Shown: piece by piece, positions 26,589 to 36,027 of the stretch | How positions within the stretch are numbered: position 1 is the first letter of the stretch | Layout of the letters: the number at the start of each line of letters is the position of its first letter | Made by a program: the position numbers and the translations under genes | Notes under the pieces: generated by a model | Told to the model about the DNA's origin: nothing | The model's input: the letters and a program-made list of their open reading frames with translations, nothing else | The model's database searches: none | Source: Acidimicrobiia bacterium UBA2766 | GTDB lineage: Bacteria > Actinomycetota > Acidimicrobiia > UBA2766 | NCBI GenBank assembly: GCA_002352645.1 | Contig: DEIU01000098.1 | Location: 11,278-62,971, forward strand | Length of the DNA stretch: 51,694 bases | Direction of reading: 5' to 3'

Positions 26589-28125
26589 GCAAATTCTTCG
26601 GGAAGTTGGCCGGCCACCACACAAATACCGGCAAGAGCAACCAATATCTCACTGCTCCCCATCCGAAAGGCTGGCACAAGTGGCTTTCTCCCATTCCTCG
26701 TCTTCTGCCGACTCTTCTTTTCGCCCACACATTCGAAGAGTCAGAAACAGCACACGCAACCTAAAAACACCCCATATTCGCGCGACACCCTTTCATCGTC
26801 ATTGTCGCCATGCAATCGTCGCACTGCTCTTGGCGACAGCAGGAAGCAGCCTCACGGCGTGCTCTGAGGAAACATCAGAACCAATAGATTTTTCAACAAG
26901 GACTGCACACGCAAGTGCCGTTTGGAAGCGTGGCACCCTCCTCGCGAAAAAAATGCAGCAACAGACAATCCAAGGAAAAAAAGAAACCGAGGAAGAGCAG
27001 GCCGGCGAGTCTCTTCAGGAAATATTGCGGGTCATTATGACGCAAGATCGCCTTGTCGCGGTCGGCCGCACATGGCAGCAAGGCATCTCACAGGGGAGCG
27101 TGTGGCTCTCCGAGGACAAGGGTGGGAGCTGGCACAGCGTCGACACTCTCAGCGCACAAAACCCCAACAAAAGTACAGAATCCCAACTAAAGGACATCAT
27201 CGGCCTCGAGAATGGCCGTCTCATCGCAATAGGCAGCGAACAAAAAAACAGCGACACAAACGCTGTAATCTGGATCTCCGATGACCAAGGAGACACTTGG
27301 CAACGTGCCGGCAACAAAAAGAATATTTTTAACATTGCCGGAAAACAAGAAATCACCACAATTGTCAAGACAAACAAGCAGATTGTCGCGGGAGGAAAAA
27401 ACAAAAAATTCGGTGCCGTCTGGGTATCTGACGACAGCGGAACAAGCTGGCTCAAAGTCCCTGACAAGGACAATGTATTAGATGAACCATTGCAAGACCT
27501 GGCATGGACCGGAGAACGACTTGTCGCGATCAGTAAACGCCATATCTGGGTATCGGACGACGAAGGGTACACCTGGCAGCGCGTGCCAGGAAAAGCAACA
27601 ATCTTCCCGGAAACCCCAGGAAGCAACGTATCAACAGAAGAAACACCACAGGCACCAGACACCGCACCAGGAAAGACGCAAGAGGCTGCCACAGACAAAG
27701 ATCTCGAGGAGAACAGTCTGAGCGCGCTCACCTCTACAAAAAACCGACTTGTTGCTGTGGGACGCGAAAACGGATCTGCCGCTGCCTGGATCTCCGAAGA
27801 CCAGGGAGAAACCTGGATTCCCACAATCTTTCTCCAGGGAAGCATCGACAGCAGTGACCACACCTATATAGAAGACGTGGTTGCAGTGGGATCAGAACGC
27901 GAATGGTTCGTCGCCGTGGGATGGGACGCCTCCACAACCGATAGAAACGGCATTATCTGGATCTCCGAAGACCAGGGAGAAACCTGGCTACGCGAAGAAA
28001 AACCCGCAACGATCTTCGGGGGAAGATACGAACAGAAGATCAACGGCATTACCGCGGTGAGAGCCCAGCTCATCGCAGTCGGACACGATAACTGGAAAGC
28101 TGCCGTATGGACCGGAAAAATCTGA
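26581..28125 (+). CDS. Putative lipoprotein with BNR/Asp-box repeats (beta-propeller, sialidase-like fold)
   Basis: Lipobox IVALLLATAGSSLTAC; six W.S.D.G.[ST]W repeats with LVAVG strands. Start codon uncertain. Confidence 0.8.
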   Translation: MCAQILREVGRPPHKYRQEQPISHCSPSERLAQVAFSHSSSSADSSFRPHIRRVRNSTRNLKTPHIRATPFHRHCRHAIVALLLATAGSSLTACSEETSEPIDFSTRTAHASAVWKRGTLLAKKMQQQTIQGKKETEEEQAGESLQEILRVIMTQDRLVAVGRTWQQGISQGSVWLSEDKGGSWHSVDTLSAQNPNKSTESQLKDIIGLENGRLIAIGSEQKNSDTNAVIWISDDQGDTWQRAGNKKNIFNIAGKQEITTIVKTNKQIVAGGKNKKFGAVWVSDDSGTSWLKVPDKDNVLDEPLQDLAWTGERLVAISKRHIWVSDDEGYTWQRVPGKATIFPETPGSNVSTEETPQAPDTAPGKTQEAATDKDLEENSLSALTSTKNRLVAVGRENGSAAAWISEDQGETWIPTIFLQGSIDSSDHTYIEDVVAVGSEREWFVAVGWDASTTDRNGIIWISEDQGETWLREEKPATIFGGRYEQKINGITAVRAQLIAVGHDNWKAAVWTGKI

Positions 28126-28137
28126 CACCCGGATAGA

Positions 28138-28179
28138 CATGTTCAATGAGCCGGCTTCAGAGCCGGCTCATTGAACATG
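28138..28179. terminator. 19-bp perfect hairpin between convergent genes
   Basis: CATGTTCAATGAGCCGGCT-tcag-AGCCGGCTCATTGAACATG. Confidence 0.8.
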
Positions 28180-28236
28180 CGGTGACGTCAGGGTTTCCCG
28201 CCCACCGCCGGCGCTGTGGACAAGGACACGAAAGAC

Positions 28237-29103
28237 TCACGCAAGACCGAGAAAACCGGTGACCTTCTCAGGAAAACCGTGAAGCGCGTGACCAGAATAC
28301 AAGTCCCTGGTCCCGATCAGGGAAAGCCAGCTCAGAGAGACAAATCCGTCACGGACCGCGGCAATATCAGTACCTTCGCCTGCTCTTTCTACAGGGTCTG
28401 CGTTCGGCGGCCAGGTAATCAAGCGACTTCCATCCGTTTCGTGCTCAGTCGCGACGTTCGACCAACGAAAAGGAGACGTTCCTGCAAGCTCTGTCACTTG
28501 GAACCCCGCGATCTCATCCAGAGTTTTATTTGGAACGTTCACATTCAAAAGGAAAGGCACGAAGTTCGCGTGCTCTGTTTGTTCTTGTGCGAGAAGCTCA
28601 CACATTGCTTCTACCACAGCCACTGTAACCGCCGCCGAGGTTTCCCAATGCATACGTCCATCCTCGGACGTTCGCTCGAGTGAAACCGCCACACCGTGCA
28701 CACCGTGCCGCACCGCAGTAAGGGCAGCAGCAACCGTGCCAGAGTGATACACATCACCGCCGAGGTTCACCCCATTATTCGGGCCGGAAACCACAATGTC
28801 GGGAACAGCACCAAACACTCCATAGTGTGCCAAAAAAATTATCATGGCGGGCGTGGCGTTGACCGAATGCGCTTCGATATGAGGATGAGTCTCAAACTGG
28901 TGCGGACGAACGCGCACACCACGGTGTCGATCCTGGGTAACCCCATCCAGTGGCAGCCCATACCGCAGGGATGTCCCCACGGCACTCATCTCTCGATCAG
29001 GAGCACCCACTTGCAGTCCAGACCCAACTTTTTCCAAGGAGGCAGCCAAGAATGCCAGGCCAGGCGAATAAATGCCATCATCATTAGTGCAAAATATTTT
29101 CAT
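28237..29103 (-). CDS. surE: 5'/3'-nucleotidase SurE
   Basis: TNDDGI.SPG, TPA, VVSGPN.G.NLG..V.HSGTVAAA, LNVNVP, GTD..A...GFVS. Confidence 0.95.
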   Translation of the reverse strand: MKIFCTNDDGIYSPGLAFLAASLEKVGSGLQVGAPDREMSAVGTSLRYGLPLDGVTQDRHRGVRVRPHQFETHPHIEAHSVNATPAMIIFLAHYGVFGAVPDIVVSGPNNGVNLGGDVYHSGTVAAALTAVRHGVHGVAVSLERTSEDGRMHWETSAAVTVAVVEAMCELLAQEQTEHANFVPFLLNVNVPNKTLDEIAGFQVTELAGTSPFRWSNVATEHETDGSRLITWPPNADPVERAGEGTDIAAVRDGFVSLSWLSLIGTRDLYSGHALHGFPEKVTGFLGLA

Positions 29104-29305
29104 TTTCTCCAAAAAATCCTACCGGGTTTTTTTACCCATCACACCAAAATGAGGAAACAGCGCAACGAACATCTCGCAAACAAAAAGCGTACGACAGCAA
29201 GACTGACAGTCCAACACGCACATTCGCCAAAAAAACCCCAGAAAACTGGGAAAAAACCCAAGGACGAATTTTCCACACACAGCGAAGGACAGCCAGAATT
29301 GGCAA

Positions 29306-29506
29306 ATGGACATTCCAACTGTCACCGACTTCGGCGCTCCCATTGTGAGCGGTCCTTTTACCAAGATACAAGAGGCAAAAGCGTGGAACACCGCCCATGA
29401 GGAATCGGCAGGCATTTATTACGAAACACTCGACAACCAGTGGTACTGCCACGGGCCACGAACTGGGGATGACGGCACCGAGATCCCCCTGACCACTTAC
29501 AACTAA
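29306..29506 (+). CDS. Small hypothetical protein (66 aa)
   Basis: Gene-like codon use (many C-ending codons: gac, ttc, aac, tac, acc); divergent from surE. Confidence 0.6.
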   Translation: MDIPTVTDFGAPIVSGPFTKIQEAKAWNTAHEESAGIYYETLDNQWYCHGPRTGDDGTEIPLTTYN

Positions 29507-29642
29507 CCATTCAAGACAAACCAACTCCGTGCAATAAAGCACGCCCTACCGAAAGCACGCCCCACCCCAGACACACAAACCAGACACACGAGACTCTCCT
29601 CAGACTGTCCTGCACTTTTTCGCCATACTTCACAGGCACAAC

Positions 29643-30944
29643 TCAACACAGATGCTTCTCTGGAGAAACATCTGAAGGAAGCTGCGAAGAAGGAGGAGAA
29701 GAAGACAAGGTTGTCTGAAAATCTTCAGGGCGCAGCCTTCCCCCACACGTCAAGCCAACTACATGCCACCCGAGTGCTCGCTTTTTCCCATCCGCCATAC
29801 ACGCCTCAACAAGGGGATGTCCCTCCGCAAAACAGCCCGAAGGAGCATCAGGAACTCCTGAATAGAAGACGCTCACGTCTCCCTCCAAAGTGTCCAGCAA
29901 GGCTTGCGTCGCAGAATCACTACGGCCGTACACAATTACTTCGTACCCGGTATCCCCCGCCACTTCCACGACATGGGAAAGGGTTTCGGCGAGTTCTCTC
30001 GCGCTTCGGTCTCCCACGATAACCACACTGACATCGATCCGGGAACGCCTCGCGCACCGCTCCCCCCACATGCGGCGGGCCAGCTCAGGAGCAGGAAGAA
30101 ACCAGTCCACATCCCATATTTCCTCAGGAAGAGGTACCTTTTCTTCACCGTAATGCGCGAGCAGTTTACACGCCAGCACATCAGTACTCTCGCGCACAAG
30201 TCGTTCTGTGAGAGAAAGCGGCTCACTTTTGAAACTGATATGGAAATCGTGATGCACATACGCCCCAAGAGCCAGGGAACATCTCCACCCGGCAAGACGA
30301 AGACGCCAGCAAATATCAAGGTCATCGTTCCCAAGAAAGAGCGCATTGTCAAGGATGCCAACTTCTTCAAGCGCAGCACGCCGCAAAAACAAACAAAAAC
30401 CAATCAAGAGTTTCATCTCTACAGTTTCTGTTCCAAACTGTTCAAAAATCAGATACGCCCGCTCTTCATTCAGGAGCGGAACAGCAAGGTCAGGCGCATA
30501 AAAAGGCAACACCTGCTGCGCTGCCGCCGCATCAGTCAGTGGACCAACAGCAGCACAACGAGGTTCCCGCATCGCAGCTTTCAGCACATTGAGCCAAGAA
30601 CCGTAGACCTCCGTATCCGGGTTGAGCAGGAGCACAAACTCACTCTCCGAGTCCCGAATACCAATATTGCACCCTTCCGAAAATCCCTTGTTCTCGCGGA
30701 GAGGAAAGAGTCGAACACGCGCGTGCAGACGCGCGAAGTCCTGCACAAGAGAAACCGTGTCATCACGTGAAGCATTGTCGATCACGAGAATCTCGTCACG
30801 GAAAGACGTCGTGCCCAACACACTTCGCAGACACGCGCAAATTGTCGCAGCACTGTTGTAGGTAACAATGACAATCGCAGTTGTTCCCGACCCCTTGCCC
30901 ACGCGCTCCACCTCTCGCGCAGACAGATCTTCTTTCAAGAGCAT
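29643..30944 (-). CDS. Glycosyltransferase family 2 with degenerate second GT-A-like segment
   Basis: IVIVTYN, IDNASRD, NKGFSEGCN, LLNPD, DDLDICWR; C-terminal DVSVVIV...YEVIV. Confidence 0.9.
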   Translation of the reverse strand: MLLKEDLSAREVERVGKGSGTTAIVIVTYNSAATICACLRSVLGTTSFRDEILVIDNASRDDTVSLVQDFARLHARVRLFPLRENKGFSEGCNIGIRDSESEFVLLLNPDTEVYGSWLNVLKAAMREPRCAAVGPLTDAAAAQQVLPFYAPDLAVPLLNEERAYLIFEQFGTETVEMKLLIGFCLFLRRAALEEVGILDNALFLGNDDLDICWRLRLAGWRCSLALGAYVHHDFHISFKSEPLSLTERLVRESTDVLACKLLAHYGEEKVPLPEEIWDVDWFLPAPELARRMWGERCARRSRIDVSVVIVGDRSARELAETLSHVVEVAGDTGYEVIVYGRSDSATQALLDTLEGDVSVFYSGVPDAPSGCFAEGHPLVEACMADGKKRALGWHVVGLTCGGRLRPEDFQTTLSSSPPSSQLPSDVSPEKHLC

Positions 30945-31180
30945 GACTCCTTCTCCGCTACCACTTCAGTCTTCAGGGAAGATCGTGCAAAAAGGGAAAC
31001 AGTCACGAGAACAAACATGCCCAGCATCTCGACAGATGCATTACCGGTCTTAAGTACCGCGCCAAGAAGCGAATTTTCTTTCGACAAGAAATCCTGTTTT
31101 GGCAGCATTTTCCCGAATGACTTTTCGATTCGATGGGCATGCCGGCACTCAAGCCGGAGGAGAAAAAGGCCGAGAGGAAA

Positions 31181-32302
31181 ATGATGTTACTCCCGGTCCA
31201 CACACCTGATTGCCCTGCCTCAACAGAATCAACCTTGCGCTCTTCTCATGAGCCCGAGGTCTCTCCTGCTGTGAGTTCCTTCGCGATAAGCTCCCCCGAC
31301 CTCGTAGTAGATCCACATGCACACGCCCTTGACGAAGGCCTTCGTCTTTCGGTCACTGGCGCATTTGAGGCTGCCCTCACTCCCCTTGCCACTGCCTGGC
31401 TCACCTTATCGACAGGGCCAGAACAAAACCTGGCCCTACGCTTGAGCGCAGAAGCCCACCTTGCCTGCAACCGCGCACATGACGCACTCGTATGGGTAAA
31501 GTTGCTGACTGAGCATGATCCCACTACCGCATCATGGCTGTCATCTTTGATCTTCTTGTGTCACAGTAGACCAGAACGGGCCCTATGCGCGCTCGACCGT
31601 GCCGGAAAAAAAAACAATGCGCAAGGCGAAAACGCCTTGTGCGCGCAGGTCGCCCATCTCCTCATGGCGAACCAGATCGACACGCCTGCAGCACGCGCCA
31701 CCCTCGCCACATTGGTAGACGTGATCGTCACAACTGACGTTTTCACTCCACCTGAAGCAATCCAGCATGCCTCTTTTGCTGCATGGCATCCTTTGGGCGC
31801 CCGGCTCACTTTCACATTGCTCTGCGGACATCTCGCGCAGCGCTTCATGGAGGAAAGAACCGACCCGACAGAACCCGCCAGTTTCGCGCTCGCACTCGCT
31901 CCTCTGCTTCCCCTACCGGAACTCGCACGATGGGCTGTACTTATTCGAGGAGCAGGTATGGAAGATGCATGCCCTCTGATAGAACGGGCTTTCTCCGAAC
32001 GCCTTCCCCTGCCTGAACGAATTGCTGCAGCAGCAACAGCAGTACTTCTGTTTGCCGATCCACTTGCAGAAACCGAACTTACCGCAAACATTGACGAAGC
32101 AGACAGGAACGGGCGCGCAGCGGCAGCAGACATACTGGCCCGGTGCTGCCCCGATGCCCTGATCTATTTGCCTGTCGAGCATCCCTCAGAAACCCAGTTC
32201 TCGGAATCCCACCCTGAAAAAGAGCCCTCCCCCAAGATGCATTCCCCAAAAGACCACTCCTTGCAGTCCAGAGTGCGACACAAAGAAAGAACACGCGAGT
32301 GA
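31181..32302 (+). CDS. Hypothetical all-helical/TPR-like protein
   Basis: Ala/Leu-rich ORF (open from 31133) with GTGA overlap to the downstream glycosyltransferase. Confidence 0.65.
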   Translation: MMLLPVHTPDCPASTESTLRSSHEPEVSPAVSSFAISSPDLVVDPHAHALDEGLRLSVTGAFEAALTPLATAWLTLSTGPEQNLALRLSAEAHLACNRAHDALVWVKLLTEHDPTTASWLSSLIFLCHSRPERALCALDRAGKKNNAQGENALCAQVAHLLMANQIDTPAARATLATLVDVIVTTDVFTPPEAIQHASFAAWHPLGARLTFTLLCGHLAQRFMEERTDPTEPASFALALAPLLPLPELARWAVLIRGAGMEDACPLIERAFSERLPLPERIAAAATAVLLFADPLAETELTANIDEADRNGRAAAADILARCCPDALIYLPVEHPSETQFSESHPEKEPSPKMHSPKDHSLQSRVRHKERTRE

Positions 32303-34161
32303 AATTGGGCTCGGCTCAGCCACCGCTCCCAGGACAATTTTCCCGCCCTTTCTCTGCGGCTTCTCCTGCAGCAAATCTTGTGTTGCTGTGCGGGCTTGAG
32401 CACCAGGTGGAAAAGACAGCGCAGTCGACTGAGACACAATCCCAGGCTGCTGCCTGGGCACAAGCGGCCGCTCATTTCGCCCAATCACATCATTGTGGGG
32501 TCTTCGCCAGTGTTCCTCTTGAACAGGCCCTGCACGCAATGGGTCGTCATATCCTGTGGCCTCCCCTGCTTCCAGGAAGTAGAGAGACACAAAACCGGCC
32601 TGTCGAACATGTGTTGCACGTTTTCACCGAAGGCTATGAAATCGGCGGACACACGGGCAGTGCGCGACGCTGGATACACCAAGACAGCACTCGCCGGCAC
32701 TCCTTGGTTTTGACAAACCAAACGGTGGCTGCAGCACCAGCGGCTCTCACGGAAGCAGTACAACGGAGCGGGGGGCAAACCCATAGTGTGTCCGGCCCTC
32801 CTGATCTGATTTTGCGGGCTCGGATCCTGCGCACACTGGCATCTGTGCATGATCTCGTCTGTTTGCACATCCACCCTTACGATATTGTCCCTGCTCTGGC
32901 TTTTGCCTGCCCACAACGCCCACCGGTCACAGTGGTCGACCATGCCGACTATGGATTCTGGGTAGGTGCCGCAGTATGCGATGTTTTATCAGGGATTCGT
33001 GCTTTTAGCAGTGATCTTGCGGTAGAACGCCGCGGCATTCCCCGTGCTCGCTGTGCAGAAGTACCGATACTGATAGAGTTCCCCGCTCCCGCAAGAAATG
33101 TCAGGGCCGAAACTCGCGCTGCTTTAGGCATCGCAGACGACACGATCCTCTTGTTTACCGCAGGTACCGCGCACAAATATATTCCTATTGGCAAAGACGA
33201 CTTTCTCGACTTCGTCACGCCTGTCGTGCGGGAGCAAAAAAACCTCGTCCTCATCGCGGTAGGCCCACACGACTGGACACCGCGCTGGCAAGAAGCCCGG
33301 GTCGCGTCTTGTGACAGGATTCGCGCGATCGGGACGCTTCCCGACCTATCAGGCCTCCTCCAAGCCGCCGATATCTATCTCGATTCTTTTCCCCTGTCCG
33401 GCGGCAGCATGGCACTCCAAGCCGGCAGTTATGGCCTACCGGTTCTCTACTACCAGCCACCGAGCTTGCCACCGAATCTCTGGGCAGCTCCACCGCCTGC
33501 ACTTGACGCGACGCTCCCAAGTCTCGACCTCTTGGTGGCGCGCGATCAAAAGGAACACCGACAAGCACTCAGCGCCCTCGTGGCAGATCCAGTTTTGCGC
33601 CAGGAACTCGGCAAAAAGCTGCAACGATCAGTGGCCACGCGCCATTGTGGTGCAAGATGGCAAGAACATCTCGAAAATCTCTACAACCTGTGTCGCACCA
33701 CAGTACCCGTTGCTTGGCCGGAATGTCCTGCCCGACTCGATACCGAATCGGCCATGGATCACGCGCTCGCCGCACTCCACCCGCTTCCAGGTCTGTCAAC
33801 AGACCTCGCCGCGATCTTCCAACGACATATGGCCCACATATCCCCGTACATAGGGGAAGAGTCTCTTGCAGAGGAAGCATGCACGCTTTTTCTCTCCGAG
33901 GCTGGAGATCCTGCAACTTCTGACAAAGCATTGACCGCAGCACTCGCTTATATGGAGACATTTACGCAAAACGACCCCGTGCACATGCTGCTCAGTGTGA
34001 GTCCCAAGGGCAGCACAAGCCCCGAAGAGATCTACCAGAAAATTGAGAAGAGGCTCGTGCATGCAAACAGGCAACCAGATTCGCTTCCCAACCTCGACAT
34101 CAGCCCTTCCCTGCTCGAGGAAACCCTACTTCCGCCCCATTGCACGGCTGTACGGCTCTAG
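32299..34161 (+). CDS. Glycosyltransferase, GT-B/family 4-like
   Basis: VLHV.T..Y.IGGH, R.ALGI, LQAADIYLDSFP..GG...LQA...GLPV. Confidence 0.85.
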   Translation: MKLGSAQPPLPGQFSRPFSAASPAANLVLLCGLEHQVEKTAQSTETQSQAAAWAQAAAHFAQSHHCGVFASVPLEQALHAMGRHILWPPLLPGSRETQNRPVEHVLHVFTEGYEIGGHTGSARRWIHQDSTRRHSLVLTNQTVAAAPAALTEAVQRSGGQTHSVSGPPDLILRARILRTLASVHDLVCLHIHPYDIVPALAFACPQRPPVTVVDHADYGFWVGAAVCDVLSGIRAFSSDLAVERRGIPRARCAEVPILIEFPAPARNVRAETRAALGIADDTILLFTAGTAHKYIPIGKDDFLDFVTPVVREQKNLVLIAVGPHDWTPRWQEARVASCDRIRAIGTLPDLSGLLQAADIYLDSFPLSGGSMALQAGSYGLPVLYYQPPSLPPNLWAAPPPALDATLPSLDLLVARDQKEHRQALSALVADPVLRQELGKKLQRSVATRHCGARWQEHLENLYNLCRTTVPVAWPECPARLDTESAMDHALAALHPLPGLSTDLAAIFQRHMAHISPYIGEESLAEEACTLFLSEAGDPATSDKALTAALAYMETFTQNDPVHMLLSVSPKGSTSPEEIYQKIEKRLVHANRQPDSLPNLDISPSLLEETLLPPHCTAVRL

Positions 34162-34272
34162 ATAGACCGGTCTTTTCCCAGGCAGCTTTGCTTTCGCACG
34201 CACACACTCACACCTTGCCTTTATGCCAGGCCTGGCACATCAGCAATCCTGCGGCATCGGTTTCTGCGCCAG

Positions 34273-34860
34273 TCAATGCACCGCGGAACGAGGCCGAACC
34301 GAAGAGATAGCTTCGGTCTCACGTTCCAACCAGCAGGCAAGCAGATCAGCAAAGGACTCTTCGCAGGCAGAGGCGGCAAGATGCAGATACGTCGCAGCAT
34401 GGCCACGTTCGCAAACCTCCAACTCCTGGAAAAAGGCGGAAAGGAAACCGAGACGCTCGTCCCCGTGAACGGCGCTGCACAACAGGGAAAGGCGTTCATG
34501 ACTACGTGCCTCGATCATGGCAGCAGCGAACAGACGATCGTCAATCCGGCCGGGCCGGCACCCGGAAATGAGGGCTTTGGCGTAAGGGTTTCCCCGGTCA
34601 GGTTGCAGCTCATAACCAAGCTCACCTATCGCCTCAAGCACACGGCGCAAGTGATTCGTTTCTTGTTCGGCAAGCCGCGCCAATCGCTGCACAAGATCAA
34701 GATTGTGAGGGCAGGCCGTCAGAAGAGAAAGCGCGGTAAGCGCGGCTTTCTTCTCACAATGCGCGTGGTCAGAGAGCAGGGCTTCAGGGTTGGCAAGGGC
34801 GTGGCACGCCCAATCGGGAGAGGTAGGAAGAAGCTCAGGAAAAAAAACTCTTGTCTGCAC
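34273..34860 (-). CDS. miaE: tRNA-(ms2io6A) hydroxylase MiaE (di-iron ferritin-like)
   Basis: LSDHAHCEKKAA, E..H, NPYA..L, IEARSHER, E.GH. TACTGT lies 6 nt before GTG 34860. Confidence 0.9.
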   Translation of the reverse strand: MQTRVFFPELLPTSPDWACHALANPEALLSDHAHCEKKAALTALSLLTACPHNLDLVQRLARLAEQETNHLRRVLEAIGELGYELQPDRGNPYAKALISGCRPGRIDDRLFAAAMIEARSHERLSLLCSAVHGDERLGFLSAFFQELEVCERGHAATYLHLAASACEESFADLLACWLERETEAISSVRPRSAVH

Positions 34861-35025
34861 ACCCTGACAGTAGCGGGGGAAACAAGAAAATCTAAACCAA
34901 AAACCCTTTGGTTCAACAAGAGGAAAAACAGCGCCATGCCGGCATGAATTTCCTCCTGGGCTGCCAATCCTGGGCTGCCAGGAGGATGCGCTCTTCACCA
35001 GACTGCCATCTCCTATGCAGGATCA

Positions 35026-35970
35026 TTATTCCTGGTGACGATCACGCTCCAGCGCGTTCTTTTCGTTCGCACGGCGCGAGAGCACAGAACGCGTGCCATG
35101 TACAACCTCGAGCGAGAGGGGCTTCCACTGGGTAGGCATCCAGCCCATCAAGGCAAGACGGCAATGATTTTTCTCCGAAGAAGAAAGCGGCGCACGAGAA
35201 ATCGCAGCCGCATACTCTCGTACACGACGCCACTGTGGATAGTACACAGGACGTTTTCGCAGGCTGTCGAACCACACCGAACGTTCTCTCGCAGTGCGGT
35301 TACGCTGGATAGACTGGTCAGGATGAAAACGGCGAAAAAAAAGTTCCTCAGGAATTTCCACCAGAAGCCCATGCAAACTCAACTCGGCCAGTAAGACGCG
35401 GTCACTTCCCGGATACGAATCGATACAAGGCGTAGTCCGCAAAATATCAGTACGAGTAAGGCCAAAAACTGGGTGACAAGAAGTCGCTGGATGCAAAAAC
35501 GTCTTCATGCGCTCATGCGGACGCGTTCCCGCATGATGCACCGACAAACCAGGAAGTGGGTTCCCGTCAGCATCAATTTGCCCTGCGATCGAATAAGACA
35601 GGACCACCTCAGGCTGACTGTCCAGGACGTGCACGCATTCTTCCAGAAAACGCGACACACACACATCATCGTGCGCAGCCCATTTAAAGTATTTGCCGCG
35701 GGCAAGCTCCACCAGCCCATTGAAATTCGGGGCAGCACCCAAATTCATTTCATTGCAGCGATACACGATCCGCTCATCTTTTTCGGCATACAACTGACAG
35801 ATCTCTGCAGTGCCATCAGTAGAGGCATTATCCGAAATGAGAAGCTCAAAATCGGAAAAAGTCTGATCCAACAGAGATTCAATCGCCCGATTCACGAAAG
35901 CTTCTCCGTTATAAACCGGCAAACCGATTGTGACTTTGGGGGGTGCAGTGTTCTCGGAGCAGGTCTCCAC
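35026..35970 (-). CDS. Glycosyltransferase family 2
   Basis: VTIGLPVYNGE, ISDNASTD, N.GAAPNFN, YFKWAAHDD. Confidence 0.93.
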   Translation of the reverse strand: METCSENTAPPKVTIGLPVYNGEAFVNRAIESLLDQTFSDFELLISDNASTDGTAEICQLYAEKDERIVYRCNEMNLGAAPNFNGLVELARGKYFKWAAHDDVCVSRFLEECVHVLDSQPEVVLSYSIAGQIDADGNPLPGLSVHHAGTRPHERMKTFLHPATSCHPVFGLTRTDILRTTPCIDSYPGSDRVLLAELSLHGLLVEIPEELFFRRFHPDQSIQRNRTARERSVWFDSLRKRPVYYPQWRRVREYAAAISRAPLSSSEKNHCRLALMGWMPTQWKPLSLEVVHGTRSVLSRRANEKNALERDRHQE

Positions 35971-36027
35971 AGGGGTACTTCCCTTCGAGGCAAGTCAAAG
36001 TACAGATAGGTATATATTGATTATTTT

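Noticed and set aside
29306-29506. RiPP precursor for the radical SAM/SPASM enzyme
   Set aside because: 13 kb away, no RRE domain or peptidase/transporter evident, and the radical SAM sits in a sugar context
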